DNA of 63,495 nt, the filler included, from Stramenopiles sp. TOSAG23-2 (Eukaryota), in assembly GCA_900128395.1 (NCBI GenBank). It is 53 parts of 53 records of this genome, joined end to end, with 100 filler letters (N's around TTAATTAATTAA, not from the genome) between each part and the next. Parts side by side here need not be neighbours in the genome. Positions count along the whole stretch, not along the records: positions 37,318 to 38,416 come from LT653731.1; positions 38,517 to 39,614 come from LT653732.1; positions 39,715 to 40,812 come from LT653733.1; positions 40,913 to 42,010 come from LT653734.1; positions 42,111 to 43,208 come from LT653735.1; positions 43,309 to 44,406 come from LT653736.1; positions 44,507 to 45,603 come from LT653737.1; positions 45,704 to 46,800 come from LT653738.1; 45 more parts are not named here. One strand, 5' to 3'. The stretch's first letter is position 1, and every line of letters starts with the position of its first letter. The notes under the pieces were generated by a model. That model saw only the letters and a program-made list of their open reading frames with translations, had not been told where the DNA came from and did not search any database. A program made the position numbers and the translations under genes. This document shows, one piece after another, positions 38,007 to 50,236 of this stretch.

Positions 38007-39119
38007 AACATTTTTCTAGCAACTGTTAAGATAATATTTGTAGAATTATGTCTGCACATGTACAAGGTGGGAGAGTCTTTTAAAAATAATATTTCTACAC
38101 CCAGTATAAATTTATGTTCATCTCTTATATTTTATTTCTATTTTATATTAGCTATGATATGCATATATGTTGAATTAGAATTGCATAATGGTGTGTGTCA
38201 ATCTATAATTCGTAAATTCTTGTTGTATTTTTGAAAATGGTACGTGCCTCGAGTAGGAAGAGGTAAAATGGTGATTTAAACCATTAAAAAAATATTATGC
38301 CGTATAATACATATACGTATACGTTCGTATATAATAATACCCACAACACTATATATTCACTAAACTTTTTTATCGAAATGGTATAAGCTTTTGATGATAA
38401 ATATTTGCTATTACATNNNNNNNNNNNNNNNNNNNNNNNNNNNNNNNNNNNNNNNNNNNNTTAATTAATTAANNNNNNNNNNNNNNNNNNNNNNNNNNNN
38501 NNNNNNNNNNNNNNNNATTTTATGGGGAGTTAAGATGATGTGAAGGGTTTTGTTCTTCTTACATATATATTAGCTATATCTATATTTCTATTCGAATTGT
38601 TGAAGATGATTATATTATTATTATTATTTATATTTTTTTTAGATGATTTTTTTGGGTAAAAGGTGTTATATACCTTAACATAAAATAACGACGCAGACTT
38701 AGACTACTAAATTAGTATGGCAGGCAGCTGTCGCCGCCATACTGTATATCCGAATAGCATAGAGTATTATAGCAGACTAATAACCTTAAAACCTTCTTAC
38801 CTATTAAATATAACTAACTTAAACTGAAAAAAGAAAAACACCACACTGGCATACCGGCATACAATAAATTTACAAGTATATACTGGTATACTGGTATACA
38901 GGTACTTTGGTATACCACAGTATACGCCGCACACAACAGCTTTTTTTCTTCATCACATCACAACAACAAAGCTGGTGGTATATATTACATATATTAAACA
39001 CGTGATTCTACGTACAAAGCATTTACAGCGTCACCATAGACTCACTACCCATAGAAATAACCACACATCTCGAAGCCACGTCATCATTATATATGAAAAG
39101 AGGTTAAAATTATTACACA

Positions 39120-39614
39120 ATGATTGACGAAAATAATAATAATACCATTGATAACAGTGCCATTCAAGTCAAATCAATTGAACTAATACAGTCAGAAGAA
39201 GGGACGAAAAAGAAAAAGAAGAAACAATCAAAGAGTAATAATAACGTTAAAAAAGTTAATGTTGTTAAAATAGTTATTGAACATTTAAGCTGCCGTCAAA
39301 TTTTTAAATGCAATGTCATTTCAATGTTATTTTTAATTGTTGCAATAGCTGGTGGGCATTTTTTTTTGTTTTATAAATATTCTTCAGGAGAATTCCAAAG
39401 TCGAGCTTTTAGCAAAATGCATCGAGAATTTGTCTGGGTCTTCTTATTATTTTCTATTTTCTTCACATTATTGTTTGTCTACTTAATTTTCCGTTGGAAA
39501 AAAATGACGATAAAGTGGTTAGAAAGTCATTATGGGTCTACGTCAGGGAGGAACCGTTTGAATATTATACAAAAATTCAATAACACATGTGGATTAAATG
39601 GTTCTTTATACTTA
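39120..39614 (+). CDS. Multi-pass membrane protein N-terminus
   Basis: Two TM segments; truncated. Confidence 0.6.
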
Positions 39615-39714
39615 NNNNNNNNNNNNNNNNNNNNNNNNNNNNNNNNNNNNNNNNNNNNTTAATTAATTAANNNNNNNNNNNNNNNNNNNNNNNNNNNNNN
39701 NNNNNNNNNNNNNN

Positions 39715-40812
39715 GTTGTACCATGTTGGTTATAGTCATAAAAAATGTTAAAGCATCTACTAAAATTAAAGTATCATTTTCCTCAGATATGTAGTCATAA
39801 GCTCCTATCGACATTATAGATATTGCAAGTAAACAATAGCAAAGCAAATCGTATGAATTTTCACCCCTTTTAAAAAAAATGGTTGATATTGATAGTATTC
39901 CTGTTAAACAAAATATAATAAATATCAATATGGACGTATCTTTTTTCCGGTAGTATTTTGAATTGAAATGATTATTTTTACAGAAAGAATAGTATATTAC
40001 TATTAAAATGGATAATAATGACGGAAGTAGAATGAAAGCTAAGTTGGAAAATTTTGGATCAAAATCTGCATCGTTAGCATTCTATATGTTCATTTCTAAA
40101 CCAAATATATAAAACATTATTGCTGTTATAGAAGAAAGGCATATATTATTTTTTTGCAATATATATTATACACATGTGTTAGAGATGTGGAAAACTATAT
40201 ATCTTTATTATTTCTAATTTTTTTTTTTCTCATTGCTATAGATAGCTATATGCACATAATATTAATATTATGTGCATATAGCTATCTATAGCAATGAGAA
40301 AAAAAATTATTAGAAATAATAAAGATATATAGTTTTCCACATCTCTAACACATGTGTATAATATATATTGCAAAAAAATAATATATGCCTTTCTTCTATA
40401 ACAGCAATAATGTTTTATATATTTGGTTTAGAAATGAACATATAGAATGCTAACGATGCAGATTTTGATCCAAAATTTTCCAACTTAGCTTTCATTCTAC
40501 TTCCGTCATTATTATCCATTTTAATAGTAATATACTATTCTTTCTGTAAAAATAATCATTTCAATTCAAAATACTACCGGAAAAAAGATACGTCCATATT
40601 GATATTTATTATATTTTGTTTAACAGGAATACTATCAATATCAACCATTTTTTTTAAAAGGGGTGAAAATTCATACGATTTGCTTTGCTATTGTTTACTT
40701 GCAATATCTATAATGTCGATAGGAGCTTATGACTACATATCTGAGGAAAATGATACTTTAATTTTAGTAGATGCTTTAACATTTTTTATAACTATAACCA
40801 ACATGGTACAAC
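39715..40812. repeat. Whole-contig near-perfect palindrome carrying a membrane-protein exon on each arm
   Basis: Centre between 40263 and 40264; arms differ at a few bases. Confidence 0.95.
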
Positions 40813-40958
40813 NNNNNNNNNNNNNNNNNNNNNNNNNNNNNNNNNNNNNNNNNNNNTTAATTAATTAANNNNNNNNNNNNNNNNNNNNNNNNNNNNNNNN
40901 NNNNNNNNNNNNTTTATTTTGTTTTCTTACTAACGAAAAAATAATAATACCAAAAAAG

Positions 40959-42010
40959 ATCGTATCTATTGCTGGATTAAAACATGGTGGTGTACATCGT
41001 AATTTAACAACATTATTGAAACATTCTTTAGTACATCATGACCGGAGAAAATATGATGGATATAGATTGACTTATATGGGGTATGATTTTTTAGCTATCA
41101 AAGCAATGTTAAACCGTGGATCATTAACTGCATTAGGAAGAAAAATTGGTATTGGTAAAGAATCTGATATTTATTTAGCATGTAATGAAGAAGGCACTCA
41201 AATGGCATTAAAGATTCATCGTTTAGGTCGTACGTCCTTTACAAATGTAAGAAATTTACGTGATTATGTTGGAAACCGGAAAGGCGGTTCCTGGTTGTAT
41301 CTATCTCGATTAGCTGCAATCAAAGAGCATGCATTCATGCAAGTATTGTATAAAAATGATTTTCCAGTACCTACACCAGTTGATCATAGTCGTCATTGTG
41401 TCTTGATGTCCTTAGTCGAAGGTTATCCATTGACTCAAGTTGGTAAATTTGCACATCCACAAAAAGTTTATAATGATTGTGCTGATATTTTATTGCGTTT
41501 AGCAAGATGCGGTTTAATTCATGGCGATTTTAATGAATTTAATTTTATAATTAGTGAAAAAGAAGAAGTCACGTTGATTGATTTCCCGCAAATGGTATCT
41601 ACTAATCATGAAAATGCACGCATGTATTTTGAACGAGATGCAAAAGGTTTATGGACATTTTTCAATAAAAAATTAGGATATTCCGATTGTCAATTAATTA
41701 AATATGAAGATATTGGCAATGAGCGCGAGACAAATTTAGATGATGAAGTTGAAGCAAGTGGATTTAGTCGTGAACAAAAAAAAGAAATGGAAGTTATGTT
41801 GAAAGAAATCAAAGAAGATGACGAAGAGGGAGAGGTGTTGGTGGAGGAGGAGGGGGGGGTTAAAAGTGAAATAAATGACGACAATAATAATATGACAGAT
41901 ACAACAAAAAAAGTTGAAGGAATGGATATTAAAAAAGAATCATCATCTTTTCTTGATATGGCATCTAATGAATTACACAACAATAATAATGATAAGAAAG
42001 AAGAAGAACA
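40959..42010 (+). CDS. RIO2: RIO2 atypical kinase, internal exon/fragment
   Basis: YDGYRLTY.GYDFLA, IGIGKESDIY, HRLGRTSF, GLIHGDFNEFN, IDFPQMVS; upstream TACTAAC branch point (40929) and AG acceptor at 40958. Confidence 0.96.
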
Positions 42011-42911
42011 NNNNNNNNNNNNNNNNNNNNNNNNNNNNNNNNNNNNNNNNNNNNTTAATTAATTAANNNNNNNNNNNNNNNNNNNNNNNNNNNNNNNNNN
42101 NNNNNNNNNNTAGACAGAGAATCACACAAAAACACAACTACGAGTCACCCTATACACACACACACGGCGAGAGAGAGAGCGAGAGGCAGAGGCGGAGGCA
42201 GAGGCAGAGAGAACGTCGTCTTTCCCAAGTCGTCTTTCCCAAGCCGTCTTTCCACACACAAATATGATTCACCAACAATATATATTCAATATACAATATA
42301 TACATTCACATTTCCATCTTTCCATCGATCAAATCCGTATATATATTTGATATATATGTGTATTTATTATCAGAAATGTGTGTCAATTTTCCGTCAAATT
42401 TCTTCTATTTTAGGCCTATGTACCTGCTAATTATACTTATCATAACCCTGCAAAGAACACTATTTTAATGCTATAACGCTACTATAACTTCATGACAAAT
42501 GTGTGTAAGCCAATGCATAGCTTCCTTCACGGCGTGGCCAAAACATTCAAATTTAGACATAGGAGTTTTGGTGTACTTCCACTGGAAAACTAGTAGTCTT
42601 TTATGTTTTTTCATTTGGGAAAGGAAACAAAATTGGGCATCCCAAAAGCGCATCTTGTGAATACCTTGCCCGGCAGATTATTAAATGCGGACGAGGCGGA
42701 CCCAAATCATTAGGATAGGAATAGCATTAGAATAGAGTTGGGGAGTAGGGTTCAATGGGACCCAAATCAATGGGACCCAAATTGGATCAAAAAATGCCGA
42801 TTATGGATATTATAAAAATACAAACTGCTTTTATGTTTTTTCATTTGGGAAAGGAAACAAAATTGGGCATCCCAAAAGCGCATCTTGTGAATACCTTGCC
42901 CGGCAGATTAT

Positions 42912-43193
42912 TAAATGCGGACGAGGCGGACCCAAATCATTAGGATAGGAATAGCATTAGAATAGAGTTGGGGAGTAGGGTTCAATGGGACCCAAATCAA
43001 TGGGACCCAAATTGGATCAAAAAATGCCGATTATGGATATTATAAAAATACAAATATCCGATTTTATTTTGTAAAATGGCATATCGATTCATTTATTTAT
43101 TTAAAAAAAATGAAATCACAAAATCCTTTTTTAAAATTCATTTTTTGATAAAATTACGGTCCCATTGATTTGGGTCCGCCTCGTCCGCATTTA
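42912..43193. mobile_element. MITE-like element with 28-bp perfect TIRs; left part duplicated 230 bp upstream
   Basis: TAAATGCGGACGAGGCGGACCCAAATCA at 42912-42939 (and 42682-42709) is the reverse complement of 43166-43193. Confidence 0.75.
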
Positions 43194-43309
43194 GAATCTA
43201 CGTAAGGANNNNNNNNNNNNNNNNNNNNNNNNNNNNNNNNNNNNNNNNNNNNTTAATTAATTAANNNNNNNNNNNNNNNNNNNNNNNNNNNNNNNNNNNN
43301 NNNNNNNNA

Positions 43310-44406
43310 AGTTTTGATAGCTTGTATTTCTTCTTTGTTGGATATTTTCACCTGATGATATCGATCTTTTCATGAAGATGTTATTTCTAAATCCGTTTGA
43401 CGTTTTTTTTCCATCATTATTCCGAAGAAACGATTTATTATTATTATTATTATTATTACCACGACGATGTTTTGTTAGATTTGTTCCAACATGATCAACA
43501 AAAGGACATTGATAACATAAATTAGGATTTGTTATTTCAACATTTCGTTCCTCAATTGCTACTAAGTAATTCATTGATTTAATATCCCGATGTTATTTTG
43601 ATAGCTTGTATTTCTTCTTTGTTGGATATTTTCACCTGATGATATCGCTCTTTTCATGAAGATGTTATTTCTAAATCCGTTTGACGTGTTTTTTCCACGA
43701 CGATGTTTTGTTAGATTTGTTCCAACATGATCAACAAAAGGACATTGATAACATAAATTAGGATTTGTTATTTCAACATTTCGTTCCTCAATTGCTACTA
43801 AGTAATTCATTGATTTAATATCCCGATGCAATAATGGAGGATTTTTTGAATGTAAATATGCAACTGAACTAGTACATTGAATAGCATCGGATAAAAATTT
43901 TAATACTTCTTGACGATTATTGCAAAATTGCTGCAATGATACCACTTTCTTTGAAGTTAAATCACGTTTTTGATGTTGCGCATATTCTTTCAAATCATTT
44001 GTTAAATCACCACCTTTTGCTAATTCTAATACTAGACATAATGTTGGTGGTGCAACACAAATACCATATAAATCTAAAATATTTGGATGATCGGAACAAT
44101 TATGTAATAAAATAGCTTCATCAAAAAACGATTGAACAATTTCTGCCGTACTGCATATATATACGCATATATACAGTGATGTCACGATGTGTATAATATA
44201 AAAATATATGTTAGAATGTGTGTATTTTTTTGGATATGATATTATTTATTATAACTCACAGTTCAAAGCATGTAATTAATTTAATTGCTACTTTTTTCTT
44301 TTCGTATTCACCTACAAATACGCGTGCAGTTCCACCACTTCCTAAAATTAAGGAAGAATCTAATGATAATTCACAAAATCGAATTAAAAGTTCGCTAGGA
44401 ACAATA
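43310..44406 (-). CDS. TKL-like protein kinase fragment, intron at 44151-44259, duplicated 3' segment
   Basis: LGSGGTARVF.G....VAIK | GTGAGT...CAG | EA.LL....HPNI..LYGIC..PP.LCLVLE...LHS..PP.LHRDIKSMNYL. Confidence 0.9.
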
Positions 44407-44506
44407 NNNNNNNNNNNNNNNNNNNNNNNNNNNNNNNNNNNNNNNNNNNNTTAATTAATTAANNNNNNNNNNNNNNNNNNNNNNNNNNNNNNNNNNNNNN
44501 NNNNNN

Positions 44507-44698
44507 TTAAGGAACTCGAGTGGATTTATTGCACTCGAGTGGCTTTATTGCACTCGAGTGGCTTTATTGCAGTCGAGTGGATTTTTTGCAGTTGACTAGC
44601 TTTTATGCAGTCGAGTAGAATTAAGGAACTCGACTAGTTTTTTTTGTACTCGACTGGCATTTTTGCACTTGACTTGCTTTTTTGCAGTCGCAGTCGAG
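44507..44698. repeat. Degenerate ~19-bp tandem array with a palindromic TCGA core
   Basis: TGCACTCGAGTGGCTTTAT-like units, about 10 copies. Confidence 0.9.
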
Positions 44699-45703
44699 CA
44701 AAGACATAGCATTACATGTGATTTAGTATGGGAATAGCATGTAAGGGGAAAAAATTCGCCTTGACTCTTATAGGCGTAACAAACAAATTAATATACACTA
44801 TCAAGTATAAATAGTGTAAACTTGTAAAATCCGTAATCTAAATCTGTTCTCTCTGCCGGTTAAGGTTTTTAGCACAATAATGAACCCTAATATTAACATT
44901 TAAATATATTTTAACAGGGACTTACTATAAGCTTCTTGTACATATACAGTTTGCTCTCCTTTTTATAATATCCAATGAATATATATGGACTGTTTTAAAA
45001 GATTTTGAGCAACTTGCTTGCCTGATAACCAACGAATATACATGTTTGGCAGAATGAAGAAAAATTATAATTTTCTAAATCTGAACAAAATACACGATGA
45101 ATCGATGAAATTTTGTTATACCTTGAACTTGCCAAATAAAAAGGACTTAATAGATAGATGGAAGATGAAGTTTTGAGAGTATAGTGAGATGTAATAATAT
45201 AATTATATATATATATATGTAATAATCTCATATACATGATGCACTGGCGATGGATCTGATTGTATTCTAAACATTACGGTCGCGGATTCCTCAGGTCGTA
45301 TTTTGGTTTCAAGGAAATTTTATATTAAAAAATATTAAAACAATACAAGAATGTTTATGTTATATAGTAACATTTTCTATTTGTATGATAACTCTTCTTC
45401 TATTAATTCAATTATATTATTATTTCAAAAATAATAATTATTATTATGAAAAAATTATTCCTACCTACTACCTGTATTATAGTATAAATATGATATCCCC
45501 CCTAAATTAATAGTCTGCGTCGTCAGACTCTTTCTAAAATTAGTATGGGTATAGCATTAATTTACCTTAATATATATTCCTATAAATTTAACTATGATAA
45601 TACNNNNNNNNNNNNNNNNNNNNNNNNNNNNNNNNNNNNNNNNNNNNTTAATTAATTAANNNNNNNNNNNNNNNNNNNNNNNNNNNNNNNNNNNNNNNNN
45701 NNN

Positions 45704-46800
45704 CCCTAATACTGAAGCAAAAGCAAAAGCAAAAGCTGAGGTTAAAATTGCAATAAACGAATTGAAAGCAAAACCAAAGGCAACGTTTGCTAAAGTTGCA
45801 TCAAAGGCAACCTTCGTTCCAAATATCAATGCACCTGCTTTTGTACCTTCAAAAATGGAAAAACCTACAGCAAAAAAATCTGCTTTATCATCGGAAAACA
45901 GCAAACCCCAAAAAGTTCCATTACGTGCAACATCCGGTGGTGCATATATTTATCCAGATGGCACAGTTGAGTTTGGAATGGGTGGTGAAGCGGTTTTATT
46001 ACCAGATGGAAAAACAGTTTCTTGTACTTTGTCGTACAGAGGCTTTCCTAGCGTTGCTGCTGCTGGTACCGTTTTAACGGAGGGGAAATGGTACTATGAA
46101 GCAATGGTATTGACTGATGGTTTAATGCAAATTGGATGGTGCGATACTAAATTCGAAGGAAATTCCACACATGGCGAAGGGGTTGGTGACGATACTCATT
46201 CTATTGCATATGATGGCAAAAGAAAATTGAAATGGCATAATGGGCGTTCACAACCATTTGGTGATAGATGGAAAGCAGGTGATGTTGTATGTTGTGCAGC
46301 AAATTTGGATGACGGTGTCGTTCGATTTGCTTTGAATGGTAAATGGAATGATCGTTCAACAGCATTTGATTCGCTTATTTTCCACGATGGTTTGATGCCG
46401 GCTGCAAGTTTTTCCAAAGGAGAAAAATTATGTTTCAATTTTGGTAGTAGTAATAACAATGGATTTGTACATAGCCCACCTGATGAAGAATATTTGCCAG
46501 TTTACATTGCACAAGGCAATGTGAACACGATGGAAAAGATGGAAAAGATGATGCAAGAGCAACAAGAAAAGAAAGGAAAGGCGAAATCTGCTGGGAAAAA
46601 AACCAATGAAGGAAAACAATGTGGTGGTGGTATGTTTGGTAATGTGCCAAATGAAAATATGCAACATCCTGGAGGATTTAATTTTACTCATCCTACATCT
46701 GGTTTATTTGCATCTGGTGGTTTTAGTTTTCATAATGCGCCGCCACCACCATATACCCGTGCTACTGAAAACAATAATGGTGAACCAACAGTAAATGAAC
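45704..46800 (+). CDS. SPRY-domain protein (RNF123/RyR-type SPRY) with a PAM2-like motif
   Basis: GKWYYE....TDGLMQIGW...GEGVGDD.HS.AYDG.R..KWH...W..GDVV; PNINAPAFVP upstream. Confidence 0.88.
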
Positions 46801-48096
46801 NNNNNNNNNNNNNNNNNNNNNNNNNNNNNNNNNNNNNNNNNNNNTTAATTAATTAANNNNNNNNNNNNNNNNNNNNNNNNNNNNNNNNNNNNNNNNNNNN
46901 TCTCAGTTATTGTATTCTTTCTGGAGAGTAGGAATTATCATGAGTAAATTAAAAATAAATTATGCATTAATTAAATATATACGCGCGTATAAAAAAATCT
47001 TTTTATTTTTCTTCTCTTTTTTAAAATATTTAACTAATGATACTTTTCTTTATGATACATTAAAACACTCTCTCTCGCACTTATTAATAAAATAGACACA
47101 AATACTGAAAAGGTTCGGTAACTCATCTTGTGTGTAATTAATTATAATTTTACGAATATATCTCGTATGATATCAGTTATATCATACGAAGGATATCACA
47201 CACACAAATATTTTTTCATTTCTTCGCTTCATCCATGACTATAATATAATTTTTATCTATGTTTTGTGTGTTTGTTTCTTTTAAAATATACAATTCTAGA
47301 ACAATATATATCTTCAATTTTTTAACGTATTTTTTATTATTTGCTTGAATTTGTCATATCAAAAAATACCAACGATATTTTAATGTTATTACCTTGTTAT
47401 TTTTGCCAGAATTTTCCAACGATCATCTGACCAGCTGGAGCTAGATTTGTCTTGTGGTTTTGCTAGACGACGTGAAGACGACAAAAGAGCTATACTATGG
47501 GGTAGCTGAGCCGAATGCACGAATGGCATTCCAGCATTCCATACTGTACTGTTGTCTATAATTCCAGTAATAGCATTCTGGCATTCGATCCTGTCTAATT
47601 AAAACGATACACTATTGATTTTTAAAAATAGCATGTGTATAGCATTGTATTCGAAGATAATCAAATAGTATTAGCATTATATCACCAGGTATTCCGAGGC
47701 ATTCCAGCATTCGCTTCCCAAAAGCTAAAGCCCAAAAGTCAAAAGAGAGAGAATTCTCATGGTTATACCAGTTAGCTACATATTAAGTATATATTTTTGT
47801 ATACTAATATTGCAATTTGACCCAAAAAATCACATTGATAGAAATATCAGTATACAAAAATAATACGTATATGGAGATTTGGACCAGGAAATGCCTCTGT
47901 CCAACTCTGTTTTCAAAAATCGAAGTGCAGAGAACCCTGATTACCCGATATAATTTTTACTGTGCCGGCCAGTCGTAAATTTTCGGAACCAATTGTNNNN
48001 NNNNNNNNNNNNNNNNNNNNNNNNNNNNNNNNNNNNNNNNTTAATTAATTAANNNNNNNNNNNNNNNNNNNNNNNNNNNNNNNNNNNNNNNNNNNN

Positions 48097-48227
48097 TAAA
48101 ATCCTGCACCGTGTTTGTTTAAACGAAAGTTAGTTAGGGTTAGGGGTATAGCGTAATTCGGTAAAATCCTGCGCCATGTTTGTTTAAACGATAGTTAGTT
48201 AGGGTTAGGTGTATAGCGTAATTCGGT
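48097..48227. repeat. 65-bp tandem repeat x 2 containing TTAGGG
   Basis: TAAAATCCTGC...GTTTAAACG...GTTAGTTAGGGTTAGG.GTATAGCGTAATTCGG twice. Confidence 0.9.
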
Positions 48228-48561
48228 TTTTAATTATAATTGAAAATCGTAGCTGTAGTGTATTAGTAGGATAGAAAAATATTATTCTTTGCGATTGAGT
48301 ATTGAGCATATTACGAACTTAACACGAGAAGTATAAAATTATTTATATAGTAACTTTTATAGATTGAGTATCTTGAGCATATTACTTAACACAGAGAAGA
48401 GTGTAAAATGATTTTAACCATCATAACACTTTAAGATTTTAACCATCATTTTATTATATAAAATGTTCTCTTACTTATATATTATATAAATTTCTTTTAC
48501 TCCCGTTCATTAACATCTCAAATCAAAAATGATATTTTATAAAGCATTTTATTAATATATA

Positions 48562-49191
48562 TCATATTATTAGTTTGATAGCTACACTCATACAACCTAT
48601 ATGTTTAGTACCGATTATTTCATAAGATATTTTTGGATTGTTTTGTAAAAATTCATAAAAAGCTAATAATTCATGTTTTTCAAAACCATTATAACATAAT
48701 AATTCATCAAAGACTATTATTGTGCCATTTCTAAGTAAATTAATCCTATTATTATTATCAATATCCATATTCATATATTTCTCTATAGCATTAAATATAG
48801 TTTTTGTGCTGGAATAAATATCACAATCTATATGCAATAATGCAATTGTATTTTTCTGTTCACGTTGTAATTTGAAAAAAATATCACATGTCTCTTCAAA
48901 TAAGCCATCGATTATTTTAATATTTTTTTCCTCAAATATAGGTGCTTTCCCGTTGGAAGTACTAAATTTACCAACATCAAATCCAGTTCTCCAAAACTTT
49001 GGTAATCCTTGAAATGAATCAAATCCATATACAATTTGATTAGATGGAACACTTTTAGCTATTGCTTTTAAGCTTGTACCAGATGCAACACCAAATTCTA
49101 AAATAAGACTATTTTCATTCAATATCATCATCTTATTATGTTTCAATACATACATTAATGCATTTTCAACTTTTAATACTTTTTTTTTTAT
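48562..49191 (-). CDS. Class I SAM methyltransferase (TylF/Methyltransf_24-like)
   Basis: LEFGVASG.S, YGFDSFQGLP..W, GLFEET, LHIDCDIYSST, GTIIVFDE. Confidence 0.9.
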   Translation of the reverse strand: MKKKVLKVENALMYVLKHNKMMILNENSLILEFGVASGTSLKAIAKSVPSNQIVYGFDSFQGLPKFWRTGFDVGKFSTSNGKAPIFEEKNIKIIDGLFEETCDIFFKLQREQKNTIALLHIDCDIYSSTKTIFNAIEKYMNMDIDNNNRINLLRNGTIIVFDELLCYNGFEKHELLAFYEFLQNNPKISYEIIGTKHIGCMSVAIKLII

Positions 49192-49741
49192 NNNNNNNNN
49201 NNNNNNNNNNNNNNNNNNNNNNNNNNNNNNNNNNNTTAATTAATTAANNNNNNNNNNNNNNNNNNNNNNNNNNNNNNNNNNNNNNNNNNNNAAATAACTT
49301 GAAAAATTAAATTATTTAATCTGATAATATCCGAAAATACACATCTCGTAAAAAAAAAAAAGTATCAAGCATAGTGCCATTCGTTTATCAGGTAGCATGC
49401 CTCCTTCCTCCTGGCCTCCTTAAAAAAAGGCGGATTACCTACTTGTGAGCCTCCATTTCGGGTAATTTTGTTTAAAATTATAGCTACTTTTTCTAATTTT
49501 TTTGCCTATATTTGTACTTTAAGTATACCAATTACTATGCTATCATATCTTTCACACACATATATATACAACTTCATTGAATAAATCACATCGAAATTTC
49601 AATTATAGAGAAGAATTGCAAATAGTAAAAAGCAGAAAGAATACAAAGATGAATCTGCAACTAAAAAAAGAAGGAAAATTTTACGAGTAGGTAGATTACA
49701 GCAAAATGTAAATTACAATAAAGATTACAAAAACCCAAAAG

Positions 49742-50236
49742 ATGTTAGAAAACATAAATCAAATAATTAATAATAATAATTCTAATAATGCATCACTTGG
49801 AAATACATGTAAGCATTGTAAAAAAACCAAAATACGCAAAAAAAATACCGATTATTGTTACAAATGCAGAAAGTTGAGTTCAGTAAAAGCAATATTGAAG
49901 GGGGGTACCTTGCCAAATATCACCAGTACGACGACAACCACCACAACTACAACCACCACAACCACAACCACCACAAATAATAGCGATTCATCCTCAATAT
50001 CAATCAGTAACAACAATTCTAATGATAATAATAATAATACAGAAGATTCAATAGTAGATTTAACCAACATAATAAATAATAACGACGATAATAATTATAA
50101 TTTGGATATTGAAGACTTCGAAAATTATGACGTAGATTATAATGACGACGATCGAAGTCCTCTACAACTAATAGCTGATGCTGCATATCAGATTTATGAT
50201 TTAACAAATGACAGTGACGCCGAGGGAGGATCGTAA
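49742..50236 (+). CDS. Low-complexity protein with CxxC...CxxC
   Basis: CKHC...CYKC, then Thr/Asn/Asp tracts. Confidence 0.4.
   Translation: MLENINQIINNNNSNNASLGNTCKHCKKTKIRKKNTDYCYKCRKLSSVKAILKGGTLPNITSTTTTTTTTTTTTTTTTNNSDSSSISISNNNSNDNNNNTEDSIVDLTNIINNNDDNNYNLDIEDFENYDVDYNDDDRSPLQLIADAAYQIYDLTNDSDAEGGS

Noticed and set aside
44507..44698. CRISPR array
   Set aside because: Contiguous degenerate units without spacers, eukaryotic context, no cas genes.
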